From positions 372,001 to 436,000 of the forward strand of contig JBNJNM010000009.1 of the NCBI GenBank assembly GCA_052426225.1: a stretch of 64,000 bases of DNA, read 5' to 3'. The position numbers were made by a program, and so were the translations under genes. A model generated the notes under the pieces. It saw only the letters and a program-made list of their open reading frames with translations. It made no database searches and was not told the origin of the DNA. Source of the stretch: Zancudomyces culisetae HAW-14-8 (taxonomy: Eukaryota; Fungi; Kickxellomycota). Shown here piece by piece: positions 23,720 to 36,546 of the stretch. The number at the start of each line of letters is the position of its first letter. The stretch's first letter is position 1.

Positions 23720-25235
23720 ATGGCCAGTAAAAAACGAGTGACGTACTTTTATGATGGTAAGGACACAGCCTAATATGTATATATTATATATCCACCGAAA
23801 ACAAAAACAAAAACAAAAACAAAAATAACCGTAATGAAAAATAGATTTGGTGGGTAGCTATAACTTTGGATATGGCCACCCAATGAAGCCGTTTAGAATG
23901 AAAATGGCACATAGTCTGATAACAGCATATGGGCTAGACAAATATATGGAGGTAATAAGGCCAGTACCAGCCAGCGATTTGGAAATGACGCGGTTTCATT
24001 CAGATGACTACATTGAGTATTTGAAGCGAGCCAGTCCGGAATTTGCCGAACGGCACCCAGTACATACACTACGATACTTGCCAGGAGAAGACTGTCCACC
24101 TTTTGATGGGATATATGAATTCTGTACACTTTCGGCAGGCGGTTCAATATGCGGAGCACAACGATTGAATCAAGGCGAAGCAGATATAGTTGTAAATTGG
24201 TCAGGCGGGTTGCACCATGCCAAAAAATCAGAGGCTTCGGGCTTTTGCTATGTAAATGACATCAACTTGGCAATTCTGGAACTATTAAAGTACCACCAGC
24301 GGGTATTGTACCTGGACATTGATGTCCATCACGGTGATGGGGTGGAGGAGGCGTTTTATAGCAACAATCGGGTAATGTCAGTATCGTTTCATAAATTTGG
24401 TGATTTCTTTCCAGGAACTGGCGATATCCGAGATATTGGAATCGGCAAGGGCAAGTACCACAGCATCAACGTACCACTCCGCGATGGAATCGACGATGAA
24501 AGCTACCAGTATATTTTCCGGCCAGTGATGACCAAAGTAATGCAGACGTTCCGGCCCGGGGCCATTGTTATGCAGTGTGGCACCGACTCGCTTTCTGGCG
24601 ACCGTCTTGGCTGCTTTAACCTGTCGATGGCGGGCCATGCGAGCTGTGTCGAGTTTATGAAGAGATTCAATGTGCCACTAATATGTGTGGGAGGAGGAGG
24701 CTACTCTATCCGTAATGTATCACGTACATGGGCGTACGAAACGTCGGTTTTGCTTGAAAAGAAAGTGTCGCCTATGCTTCCATACACCGACTACTATGAC
24801 TTTTATGGCCCTGAATATGTCCTGGATGTTCCGAGCTGTAATATGGACAACCTGAATTCCAGAGCCTACCTAGACAACCTAATTACCATTATTTATCAAT
24901 ATTTAAACTCTATAGAAATTGCACCCTCAGCCCACTCCTCATTCCTGATGAATGATCCTTGTCAAACGGATGCCTTTGCTGAGTACCAACAGAACCCGCT
25001 GTGTCCCTGGCCAGGTGCCGAAGCCGAAAAGGCGCGTGATGACCTGGAGTCTGATCTCAATGCTGATAATCGAGCCGATGCCTCCACCAGATTCCAGGAT
25101 AAACATGTTGCTAGATATACCGAACTTGCCACCGATAATGTCAACCCTGCCGTTGACTCTACGCAAGTCTCTGCCAGTGAAAACGGTGCTTCTAAAAAGG
25201 ATGGCCGCGCTGCTGCTACTGTCGAAGCTACCTAA
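23720..25235 (+). CDS. RPD3: Class I histone deacetylase, Rpd3/Clr6-like; 2 exons
   Basis: Exon 1 MASKKRVTYFYD splices to DLVGSYNFGYGHPMKP. Motifs GGLHHAKKSEASGFCY, DIDVHHGDGVEEAF and GGGGY. Confidence 0.9.
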
Positions 25236-25615
25236 TTTTAATTACCCTTGTCAACCCCCTTTTTTTAATCGTTTTTTTCATTTATTTATTTTCGAATTTG
25301 TATATTTATTTTGTTCGTTTATATACCAGCTATAATCTCAGTCATATATATACATATATGCGTATATACACTTAATTGAATATATCATGTGATTTAGTCA
25401 ATCACTCTCTTTATTTGCACCACGTTTTTCCGGTGCCATTTCGTTAATTTCGTTAAATTGCTCTACCTTTTCATTCGCTTGTTTTAGTTGTATTGTATTT
25501 GTTTTAATATTTAAAATTGTTTCGCACTTTCCTTGTCTATACATATAAACATATTATACAGATATACATACATGACGAATACACCTTGAAGAATATATAC
25601 ATAAATGTACATAAA

Positions 25616-26897
25616 ATGATGCAGCGAGATAACTGTTCAAAAGTTGAATTCAACCGTGATATCAAAGTAGAATATAATGTAAGAAATCCACTTCATACAC
25701 TCAAACGCATGTATACGCATACTAAAATTACCATGTTTTTATTAGAGCATTTTATTATTCCTCTCTATAACATAAACAAACCTTTTAATAGATTTTACTA
25801 CTATCTTATTTCTTGTCTTATACTATTATTATTATTTTTAATGAATAAAACTGTCTTAAAAACACGAATAGGATCGAGAAAACCAAATCTTTGGGTGCGA
25901 ACATTACCAACGAAATGCCAAAATCCTAGCACCTTGTTGCAACCAATGGGTGAGCTGTAGATTCTGCCACGATAACACTCTAACACCTACTATTTCAAAG
26001 GACACGAAAAAGGTTCTGCATGAACAGTTAGACCGTAAAACCGTGGACACCATGTGTTGTTTATATTGCAAGGCTGTTCAGCCCATAGGCCAGACTTGTG
26101 TAAATTGTTTGCGGGTTATGGGTGTTTACTATTGTGACGAGTGCCGGTTTTTAGACAACGCTCCTGGAAAGGATATTTATCATTGTTCCAAATGTGGGAT
26201 TTGTCGAAGGGGTAAACAAAGCGATTATTTTCACTGTGATGGTTGTTCAGCCTGTTTGTCCATTGAGCTGTTAGATAACGACGATACGGATAGCGAGAGT
26301 GGTGATGGAATTAAAAAGGGAACTAGGGGACATGTTTGTATTGATAGAATGCTGGATAGCAAGTGTGCAATTTGTTTGGAATATCTATTTACAAGCATAC
26401 TTGATATTATTATTATGAAGTGTGGACATCCCATCCACAAAGACTGTTTTGGACAGCTGTTGAGACACCACGATATCATTTTGAATACCAACAGTGGCAG
26501 TGGCAGTGGCAGTGGTGGTAACAGTGGTGGTGATGGTGAGGCTGATGGTGGTCGTGGAAACAACGGTATTGGCACTAATACCAATACTGATGACAGTGAT
26601 AATCTCCTAAATAATAATGATAATAATAGCAATAATAATCATTATAACATCTATTCAGCGACCACTATTACCTGTCCTCTTTGCCACAAGTCATTATCTT
26701 GTAATGAATATTACACAGCAGAGCTAGACAAACTAATGGAAACTCAGAAAATGCCACCAGAATATGCACACATGAAAAGTCACATCAGCTGCAACGACTG
26801 CAGCCAGAGAAGTATTGTCCCATATCACTTTGTGTATCATAAATGTAAACATTGCGGATCATATAATACCTTTGTTAGATCATCCGAAACTCAATAG
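25616..26897 (+). CDS. CHY zinc finger / RING-H2 ubiquitin ligase (Pirh2/RCHY1-like); 2 exons
   Basis: GCEHYQRNAKILAPCC...CRFCHD (CHY domain), CTCHY Cys array, RING CAICLEYLF...CGHPIH...C...CPLC, and C-terminal MPPEY...CNDC...KCKHCGSYNT. Confidence 0.88.
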
Positions 26898-27022
26898 CTG
26901 TTTTTTGCTTTGTTTTGTTTTGTTTTACTTTGCTTTGCTTTGATAAAAAGTTGATTTCTAAATTAGATTATACTAGCTGATTAAACAAAGAAAAAAAAAT
27001 TATAATAAATATTTATAAATGT

Positions 27023-27863
27023 CTAAAGGTAAGCTATCACTGACAATGAGAATAACAACATGAATAAAGATATCAGCTTCGAAGGTGTAGTCGAGATAGC
27101 ACTACTAGGATCATACCCCTTAGGTACGCCATCATTGGTCTGGTCATATCGCGATCTAAACATGGAAAAAGTAAGAGTGTTGGGGTACAGCCGGCCTTCA
27201 ACAACTTTGTAGCTTTCTGGAATGCCAGCATCTCCATCATAAAATATAATGGTATATCCTGTTCCCTCCGCCAAAACAATACCTTGAGGAGTGTTCTTGG
27301 AGGTGTCCCAAGAGTATTTTGTAGCTCCCCCTGTAAGATTCGATGCAATATTCCATGTATATGGCTTTTTGGTATTTGGGTCCGTATATCTTGGATCATT
27401 TGGCATTGTTCCAACTATCATCAGCTTTGCGGGTGGTGATGTCGTAAAATTATCGTAGGACCATTCCAACTGAACTATCCCATTAAGTTCAAACAGCGGA
27501 TTTCTGTTGGTTGCTGCTGGTGATTTCATCACCATTCTTCCTGGCTGCCCGCTTCCCGTAGATTGGTCACTATCGTCATTATTTCCGGTGTTGGTGCTAC
27601 TACTGCTTGATGTAGCTGTGGAGCTGGGTTTGGATGTTCCGGTTGATCTGCTGGTTGCGCTTGTATTCGAGCCTAGTGTTTGTATTTATAGAATAGTAGT
27701 CTTATGTTTGATGCTTGTAACCCTATATTTAATCGCTGGATTTGTTAATTCTAAAGATTTCTGTTCACTTACTTGAATTCTGTGCCCCAACCAGGCCCAT
27801 TCCCCCCTTTTCTCCAATTATTGTTACAGCAATGATCGACAGCACTAGATTTAACAGCTTCAT
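27023..27863 (-). CDS. Putative GPI-anchored cell-surface protein; 2 exons (27863-27773, 27672-27023)
   Basis: Signal exon MKLLNLVLSIIAVTII splices in frame (GTAAGT...TAG) to a Ser/Thr-rich linker, a beta-rich domain, then PSSA and a hydrophobic C-terminal tail. Confidence 0.78.
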
Positions 27864-29844
27864 TTTATATCGTTGTGTTGATTATTAATCTTTTGCGCCC
27901 TCTATTTCTATTTCCAATTCTGGTATTTTGATGTACAATTATTCGACTTTGCAGTCTTGATCCTTGGTGTGTTGATTCTGGATTTGTTTTCTTAAAAAGC
28001 AACAAATTGTGTCGAAATACTATTACTTGAATTTGCTTTTTGTAAAATGAATGTCGCGAATCTAGCTGGTAAAATCAAAAAATATTACAAATACTACAAC
28101 TATATTTAACTTTTTTCAATATTGTAGTTTCTGTACTGTTGGGGATACTGTCTGGTTATTCTTAACGTCTCCGTAGATTTTCTAGTTACTTGGTTTGTTA
28201 TTTTTTTAATATACAAATTACAATTTGGTGTCTTGTTTCTCATATCTTTTTACAAAAATCATCAAATCTTTGTAAAGCAACAAAATACGTGAACATAAAT
28301 CGTAATTTGCGATAATTCTTGATTTCATTTTCTTGTTAGCAAATCCAGTTCGCTTCTATTTTTTTTTCCTGCTCTTTAAGCCAACCCAATCCTTGTTTTA
28401 TTTTCATGTCTTATTCTCTCCATTCCCCCAACTTACTTTGCCAATAATAAATAAATGGAATATTTTCACCAATGTTCAATAACTTTTACAAGAAAATGAA
28501 AAAAATAAAATAACCAAACTTTTTCTTTAGCTTGGCTCACAGGTTACTCAATATTGTAATCCTATTACAACACCTGTGCGAGTTTATGTGAGGTAAAGTA
28601 TTGCTAATTCCGCAACTTTTATATTTATTTATGGACTGAAAAAACTAACAATTGTCAATGACTTTTTTTCCTTTTGATTAGCCTTTCTCCCCCAATAATT
28701 GGGTTTATTTTTGCCGTTCGAATTATTATCCGGCAGTGAATGGACGAGCAAACGCCAATAAAAATAGCTTGATTTCCGGCTCACCAATTGTTAAATGGAT
28801 TTTTAAAAAAGGGAAATAATAAGTGTAAATAGAAATCCAACAATAACCACTTTATAAGCCCGGTATATTATTATCTTCAATTAATTACAATTTCCACTCG
28901 CCAGTATTTCTGTATTTAAAACAACGCCCAAAACATTATGTATAAACTCTGAATTTGCAATTAATATATTTGTATCTAAATCAAAATATACATTACATCT
29001 ATCATATCTCCTTTGAGCATCTTTTACTCCCCAACGTCATACATTAGCTCAACACACAATTAAAAGCACCAAATAAACTCAAAATACTATACCCTTTTTC
29101 TATATTTCTATGAAACACCAAGCCATCTCACTTGTATGTAACTGGGAAAGTCAATGTTATTATTGGCTGATATTTTTATTATAACAATATAAAAAGTGAC
29201 TATATAGTTTGAGTTTACCAAAACAGTTTTGATGACTAAACTGACTTTGAGCAAGAATATGTTTTCTGGAAATATCCAATTACACAAGATACAACACGAC
29301 ACCTGAGCACAAGTATCTTGAGCTAATTATAATGACAAGTATTGGCGTATATACGTGCACAAACTTTGCTCTGGAAACTATTCAAATATTTTTTACTGTA
29401 ACTACGTTCCCTTACCCTTCAAATTGGCATCTCTCAGGGCCATCAAATAGTTATTACTTCATCATCTAGTAGCATTCCGACTTTATTTATTTCTGTTCAA
29501 AAATAAAACAAGATAAATCAAAAAAGAAAAAAAGAAACGAGCAAAGTCAAAAAATGTCAAAAGATAATAGGGTTTGTGTTGGATTGTGTTGAATTGCTTT
29601 TTACACCCTCTTGCTTATATTTAACCGTAGTTTAGGCGGAAAACATCGTTCTGGACAAACCAGGTGCTTGGTCCCTCGCTAACCAAGTGGAACACCTGTG
29701 AAAAGCCCAATGGGTTGCTTTCGTTTTCGGTCTAGAGATTTTAATCATTTGCAAGATTATTGCCATTTATCACATTCAGGTGATTTTTAACTTTTGTTCT
29801 GTTTGAGACAAAATAGGCACCTCAACAATAACACAAGTTTACAA

Positions 29845-30290
29845 ATGAGTAGTACTACTAATAAAAAGAAGCAAGACTTACGATAAGTTGACCAGTAACC
29901 ATAACTATAATTCCTGACATGGTTGAGTTTGATGGTTGAATATCCATGGTTAAAACTCTGTGCTCTACCTTTGCGAATGGAAGAGACTATGTTTCATAAT
30001 AGCACTTTTATGTTAGTTCTGCGCATCCACCTTGTTCTCAAGAAAAACAAATGGTAATATCTGATACTTACTGCAAGCTTGTTGATGATTTCACCACTGC
30101 CAAGGATCTGTTGTCCCTCAAAGGTCAGCATAGAACCAGCCCTCTACAGCGAAATAATTTACATTAGTATTCAATCAAGCTGACCGAGTTTTGTTTTTTT
30201 AAAAAGAATCAAAGAAAAGAGTTATATATTGCTTCTTTGTCTCTTCTTCCGTATTTTAGTGAAAAGAGGGGGTGGGGGTTGAGTGTTCAG
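29845..30290 (+). mobile_element. Possible highly degenerate Ty1/copia gag remnant
   Basis: A stop-interrupted frame contains MVISDTYCKLVDDFTTAKDLLSLK, which resembles the copia gag TAKELW motif. A purine tract AAAAGAGGGGG lies near 30262. No LTRs or pol were recognised. Confidence 0.22.
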
Positions 30291-30935
30291 ATTTTTCTGA
30301 AAAATAAAATCTAACTATGCGAACTCAAGCAAATTATCAAAAAAAGCAACCCGAAATTAAGAGTAATCTAAACTTACATATAGTGGAGTCAGCTGATTAC
30401 GATCGACATCAAAAGTCTTGTAGTAGAATTCTATAAATTCCTTTCCAATTCCCTCCATTTCGCTTAATGATTTAGTTCGATTCTGAAACTTAGATCTTGT
30501 CTACTTTCAAAGTCTTTACTCAAAACTTGTATTTTGTCAAATTTGTGATTAAAAATATTGCTTGAAAAAAAAAATAAAATCTAAAAAAATTTTTTGTTAG
30601 GTAAAAAAAAAGTACATTGGACCAAACCAGACTCGGCTGTTCCTGCAAGACCAAAAATATACGTTCATTCTCGAATAGCCTGGCTAACAATAACATAGGC
30701 TGTGAATTTATTTATTTTCATTGTTTGGTTAAATGTGTTGAAATATTGCTCTTATTGTTCATCCTTATATTGATATTTGCTCATAGTTTTATCGTTTGGA
30801 ATTTTGTAGTGAAATATCATGAAGAACAGTAAGTTTATATTTGAAATAGGTATAGGCGTTATAGCCTCTTTGTTTATTTTATATCTGTCTTAATAGGAAA
30901 ACGGAATTATTGGCAAAAAATAATGAAAAGTACAA

Positions 30936-32183
30936 CTAGAAGGTTCTGTATGGGAGAAACTTCCCATCCAAAGTTATTACTACACGATCACCTTCCGGAT
31001 TTTGCACCTACAAAATTATTATTTTTGCTCTTGAGATGTATCTAATATTTGGTTGTATCACCATTTATCCATCAAAAACGCAACCACAAACAAGTACAAC
31101 ACTGTACTAAAAAGCAAAACTTTTTTTACTCACCTTTTCTACGTTTGCTGTAAAATCAATGGCACTCATAATTCCATCGCCAAACTTTTCTTGTATCACG
31201 CTTCTTATTCCAGGTCCATATACCTAAGTTTAGAATTGGTGTTAGAGTTAGAGTTAGAGTTAGAGTTTGCGGTGCTTATTTAGTCGGTTGCAAAGCTTAG
31301 CTTGAAGCGAATGATAATATTCGATCACTAGACTTACCATTAAGGCCTCATGTAATCTATATAGAAGTGGGTCAGATGGAATCTTGGCTCCTTCTTTTCC
31401 ACTCCTGTCTGGATATCCCGCAACCTCAAAGTCATGAAGCAGAGATTCTTCTGAAAGATTGAGTATGCTTGAAAGCTTCGTTATATCAGATCTGCTCGGT
31501 AGGGCCTATTGAGTTTGATTAATAAATACGATGGTAATTAAGGTTTAATATCGACCCTGTATCTTTCGCTATATCCATTCAAGGAAAAAAGAGATGGTAT
31601 AAGAGACTATACACATGGCCAACAGAAAATATAAAAATTACAGTAATATTTGCACTTTTGCGCTCTAGGGACCAATATTTAAAGCGTATCTCTACTATAT
31701 TATATATATGAGTTCCTTACTTTTCCAAAAAACAAGGTCGCAATCCAAACTTCATTGTGTCCGGTCTTTTGTGCAATCTCTTCAAAACTAAAACCCAATA
31801 GCAAGGTCTTTTGTTAGTAAATAAAACACATCTAACCAACCTGGCTCAGTATTGGCACATTCATGTTATTATAATAGCGATACCTTTGTCGGACAGTTAG
31901 AATTGTACATATAAACAGGTTACAGAAAAGGTAAATTCTTAAAATAAAGCAAAATATACATTACGTGATACCAAGATTCTTTTTGGCCTCCAAAAGGCGA
32001 TAACAGGCTAGTGAGTGTTTTTGCTATTAAATGTTGAATAGCATTGAAAAAGGGATTAAAAATACGAGGATATTCTGCCAAAAACATGGCTTGTAAAAGT
32101 AAGCTAGTATAAACCTGTGTCTTAAAAGAGTATTACTAGAATGCGATCAGTAACCAGAATAAACCAGAAATAATTACCTCCAT
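30936..32183 (-). CDS. CYN1: Cyanate hydratase (cyanase), 153 aa; 6 exons (32183-32178, 32023-31965, 31787-31721, 31505-31338, 31223-31134, 31007-30936)
   Basis: Spliced protein: ME|[20 protein letters not shown]|[22 protein letters not shown]|...[14 protein letters not shown]|[24 protein letters not shown]...|...[17 protein letters not shown]. All introns are GT-AG with compatible phases. Catalytic R, E and S are present. Confidence 0.95.
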
Positions 32184-33004
32184 TTGAATCGAGTATATCT
32201 TTGTCGGTTTCTTTGTAGCTGGAGTACTATTCTGATGTGATGTAGTGTGTAGATTCTGATAATAATAGCGAACAATGAGCTTTTCCTTTTATTTGGGTTA
32301 ATTAAAAAGATTTCAAAGGCTTTGCAGAGGGGAGCGTGTATATAACATGTACTTGTATTTCTTTTTTTACAAAGTTCGTTGTGCATAACTTGCTTATTTG
32401 GTTCTTATTCGACAACATCTTCAAAATTGTCTTTAATTTGTTTGAAATGCAGCAAATAATTTGAAGAAAAAGATCAACAGAGATTAAATTAGCGAGTTTC
32501 AGAAAAATACAGGATAATTTAGACTATTTCTTGCCATGGTGGAGACCAAAAATCGATGGGAAATCCACATTAGGTGTGTTTTAGTTTCACTTTTGTACGT
32601 AACACCCAGCGAAATGTCATTATGCGCAAGTGCACTCATGGGTATCACGTGTTCGGTGCTATTCACCAGTTGGTTGGTGGGTGCGATGATAGCATAAAGC
32701 AGGGACAGGCGGAAATGACTGTCTTGCGAACGGGCATTTGCTCTGCCATTTCTGCTGGCTTTTTGTTGGGTTCCAAGGAGGAAATCAAACAATATGGATC
32801 TGGTAAGAATGCTGTACACCATCAGACTGTACAACTTTGGGTTGTAGCGCTAATTGGGATAATTCAACTGAGATCCATGCATCAGTCTCAATGTTATAAA
32901 GCACTTTATAAAGTACTAAAAAGAAAACACCAACCAAAAGAAAAAAGTGAAGAGTATAATAAACAAACCTACAAGTTAAAAAACAAAAGGACTAGATATA
33001 TGAC

Positions 33005-33598
33005 TTATTTTTCAACAGGGTGTTGAGGAACTCTAAAGAAGTAGTATGGCAAGCCGGCTTCGAAAGTTGGGTTCTTGTCGGATACGTATCTGAATAGTCT
33101 CATGTAGTGTCCACGCTCTGGGCGCAGGGCTTCAGTCCAGATCAGAGCCATTGTTCTTCTTTTACTTACAGTGAACATTCTCTTGTCTCTGTGCCAGATT
33201 TCGCTCTCGCGCTTTTCAATAAATTTAATGTCGTTAACTCTGAGATCACGTTTACCCAAGGCGGTTTTATCCTGGCTGAGCCTTTCCAAATATGCTTTCC
33301 AGCTCTCGCCTCTCTTGGGGTTGTAGTCGGTTTCTAGAGTACGCCATACAAGAATAATAAAATCGGATAGCAATTCTGAGCTGAGAATGCGGAGTCCTTC
33401 CTTGTGGCTCTCGTTTTCGGCAGTAAGGGCCTTGACTTGATCATCTAGGATGCGGACGGCGTTGGCAAGAGTTTCGAGCGAAAGGGGCTTCTCCAACTCC
33501 ATTTGGACGGCTGAAGCCTTTTCAACCTCTTTGGTGTGGGTTTCTCCTCCTTCGACGTTTTCTGCGTGGGTTGCTAGCTTTGGGCTTTCTTGTTCCAT
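33005..33598 (-). CDS. Hypothetical coiled-coil protein (197 aa)
   Basis: Clean ATG-initiated ORF, more GC-rich than its flanks, with a heptad-like stretch LANAVRILDDQVKALTAENESHKEGL. No family recognised. Confidence 0.6.
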   Translation of the reverse strand: MEQESPKLATHAENVEGGETHTKEVEKASAVQMELEKPLSLETLANAVRILDDQVKALTAENESHKEGLRILSSELLSDFIILVWRTLETDYNPKRGESWKAYLERLSQDKTALGKRDLRVNDIKFIEKRESEIWHRDKRMFTVSKRRTMALIWTEALRPERGHYMRLFRYVSDKNPTFEAGLPYYFFRVPQHPVEK

Positions 33599-36546
33599 GA
33601 TTGATTCAAGATGTTCAACAAGATCAAGGTGTGGGAATCTGAAGTGTAGATTAACAGAGTGTGGTTGCGTGGAAAGTGAGATTGTAATTTCCTGAATTCC
33701 TTTTTAAAAGTAAAAAAAGCTTGCAAAGAAACTAAAAGGAACTGAAATAGAAATGGTGAATTTAGATATTTTTGGGATTACAAAAAAAAATAAGTGGCAA
33801 TTTAATGCTTTTGCTTTTACTTTTACTTTTGCTTTTGTTGATATAAATCATAAATAAGCTGACGTGAAATAAAAAAGCGAAAAAAACAGGTAAAAACTGA
33901 ATTCCCAACCTATACAGAAAGCGAACAAAAATGGAACAAGTAAAAACTGGTCATGAAATCATCACCATAACGGGTGGGTGGTTTATTTTAATACATCGCT
34001 TTCTTCTGGTCAGCCATTTCTAATTGGCTTGATTTGGGTATTTGTTGGCGCATTTGCTCAAAAAAAAATTTTTTATATTTCCAAGCCAATAAACATAGAC
34101 ACAAAATGCCAAATTAGCGTGGAAACATTCGGGTTTTTTGGTATAAAGGGAAATGTATGTATTTAAACTAATCTGGATTGTACATCAAATTCTTTGGGAA
34201 CAATAATTTATTTTTAATTTTTAATTTTTATGTCTGAAAATACAAAGCGTAAAAATTAAAAACGCAATCAGAACCTAACTGGGCATTGTTTACATTTTAG
34301 TTTGTTTTTCTAATTATATTTTACTGCGCTATTATAAACCCTAATTGGAATTAGTTCATAAAAGTCATATATTATAAATATGTTGTAAAAGTTGGCTAAG
34401 ACGAAAATTTGGAAAAAGCGAAATTAAGCAAATCGCTGCTAAATAGTATGCAACTGATGTCTATAGGCAAAGAATGTTGCTAAGGTTTATACCTAAAGTA
34501 TGCTCTATATTTTTCGTTTGTTTCTTATTTCACTCCTATTCAAGCTGTTTTATGCTTTCCCAAAACATTTGAGATATGAATTGTAGCGAGGATGGCTATA
34601 TTTTTATTTTTTTCAGATTCACATGTTGTTCCAAGTATAATCTAGATTACATAATTTGGTATATAAGTATCTGAATATCACATTTTTAAAAGAAAAACAA
34701 AACAAATCATATTTCTCCAGTGCGTTCAAATATTTAGGTTGTACAGTGTTTAAATCTGATACATTAAATTCAATTTAAAATTGTATAATATAGTATAAAG
34801 TATGAGGAACATTCAGGACCATCTTGTAGTGACGATTTTTTAATACCAACATTATTGCTATTATTCGTATGTTTGTTTACAATTTCAGTAATTGGTAAAG
34901 GGAAAGAAACTTGAAGAATAATGGAAATGATGTATTGTTCAAGAAGATTACATTCTTTTAAGGTTCAAGACTGCAATGGTATTTTGATTGTAGTAACATT
35001 TTTATTTGAGTATGAATAGTGTTTTAAGGAAAATAAAGTTGCTTTATTACCACAAATGTTAAGCATAGTTATATAACATATCAGTCTTATTCTGAAAACA
35101 AGCGGAGCTAATACTATTTATGAAATAAGTTAGTTTTCCAACACAGCCCGTTCTCTCGTTTCTAAAAGTTCTCTTTCTTCATTTTTAACTCATTTCAACC
35201 AAGTTACTGAATGATAAAATATGGCTAAATATGACAATAAATACTTATAAACCTAAGTCTGTTCACCCAGACCATCAGGCTCTTTGTGCTTAAGTGATAT
35301 TGATTTTGGGTCGTTGTAAAACCCTTTGACACTATTCTGAATAAAATCTACCAGCCTTTCTAGCTCTATCAACTTCATGATGAAATTCAACCAGCCGAGG
35401 TCACAAAAATTCCTTAATTACACTAGTAATGTAAATGATGGCTCTGTTTTAATTCCTTGTCATATAGTTTTTTGTGTTTTAGCATTCAAGGAGTTGGTTG
35501 TAGTTTTAGTACTATAGTTTTGTGTACTGAAGTAAAGCAACTTCAAAGTATACTAGTATCTGGTTTTCCATTTTTCAACACACTTTATTATTTCATCCAA
35601 CAGTAAAAGTGTAAACCAGAAAGCTAATCAAATACCGAATAGTGCATTTATCTTCTACTCCAGTTTCTAAATACGCACCTCCAAGGTATAATACAATCAG
35701 TATTATCTCAATACCCACAATTAAAAGAAATGTGCTATATTAACTCGTTTTACTATTATCTTTATAGAAAACGGGGTTATCACAAAAGCTTAAACCAAAA
35801 AAAAGTGATAAACCTCATACTAAATCGAGTCACAAACACAACTAACTCCAAAATACTTCACTACTTTTTTTAGGTATATTGTTAATTTGTTACAAAACCA
35901 CATAAATCATAAATAAGCTTGAAGCTCGATATACTACTACTCATAATTGTGTGTTTGGTATGCACCCCAGACAACTTCAATTGACCAAACCCTCTGAGTT
36001 TTACTGATCATTTGTGCTTTTCAACCAACTCCCACGTTCCGCATTGAACTGATGGTCTGGATGGTATATGGTTTTTACAAAGATATAACCGATCAGCCAG
36101 GTTCATACTTCGTAGATCATCTGTACATTTTGGATGATATTTGTTTGGAACATTTGAAAGCACTAAAAACAGTGCCACGATTGAAAAATGGAATTTGCAG
36201 CTAGAACTGGCTTTGACATTGGAATGAAATTGACACATGAAAAAGACGCCTTTTTCCGTTTTAATATTTTATTTCCACACACTCTAGATTTCACAGGTCA
36301 TTTGTTTTACAACTTTCAACTAAATAGAGTTTTCAAGTTTTTTTAAAAACCTGTCAAATCTAGGTATCCTATTAACACAAATATAAATAATCATCATTAT
36401 ACTATATTTGATACCAAAAATTGGCGTTTATTTTAGTTGAGCTTTTAACTTTTTAGAATTGACAGCGTAAATCACATCTTTTTACATTTCAACATATAGG
36501 TATATAAAACGAATAAAAAACTAATCCAAAAACTTTTGTGTCATAT

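Noticed and set aside
28536-28582. Hairpin CTCACAGGT...TTGTAAT-CCT-ATTACAA-C-ACCTGTG
   Set aside because: Isolated imperfect hairpin in AT-rich intergenic DNA with no further support.
36030-36090. Degenerate frame N*WSGWYM resembling the hAT transposase RW motif
   Set aside because: Too short, interrupted by stops, and no other transposase motifs or TIRs.
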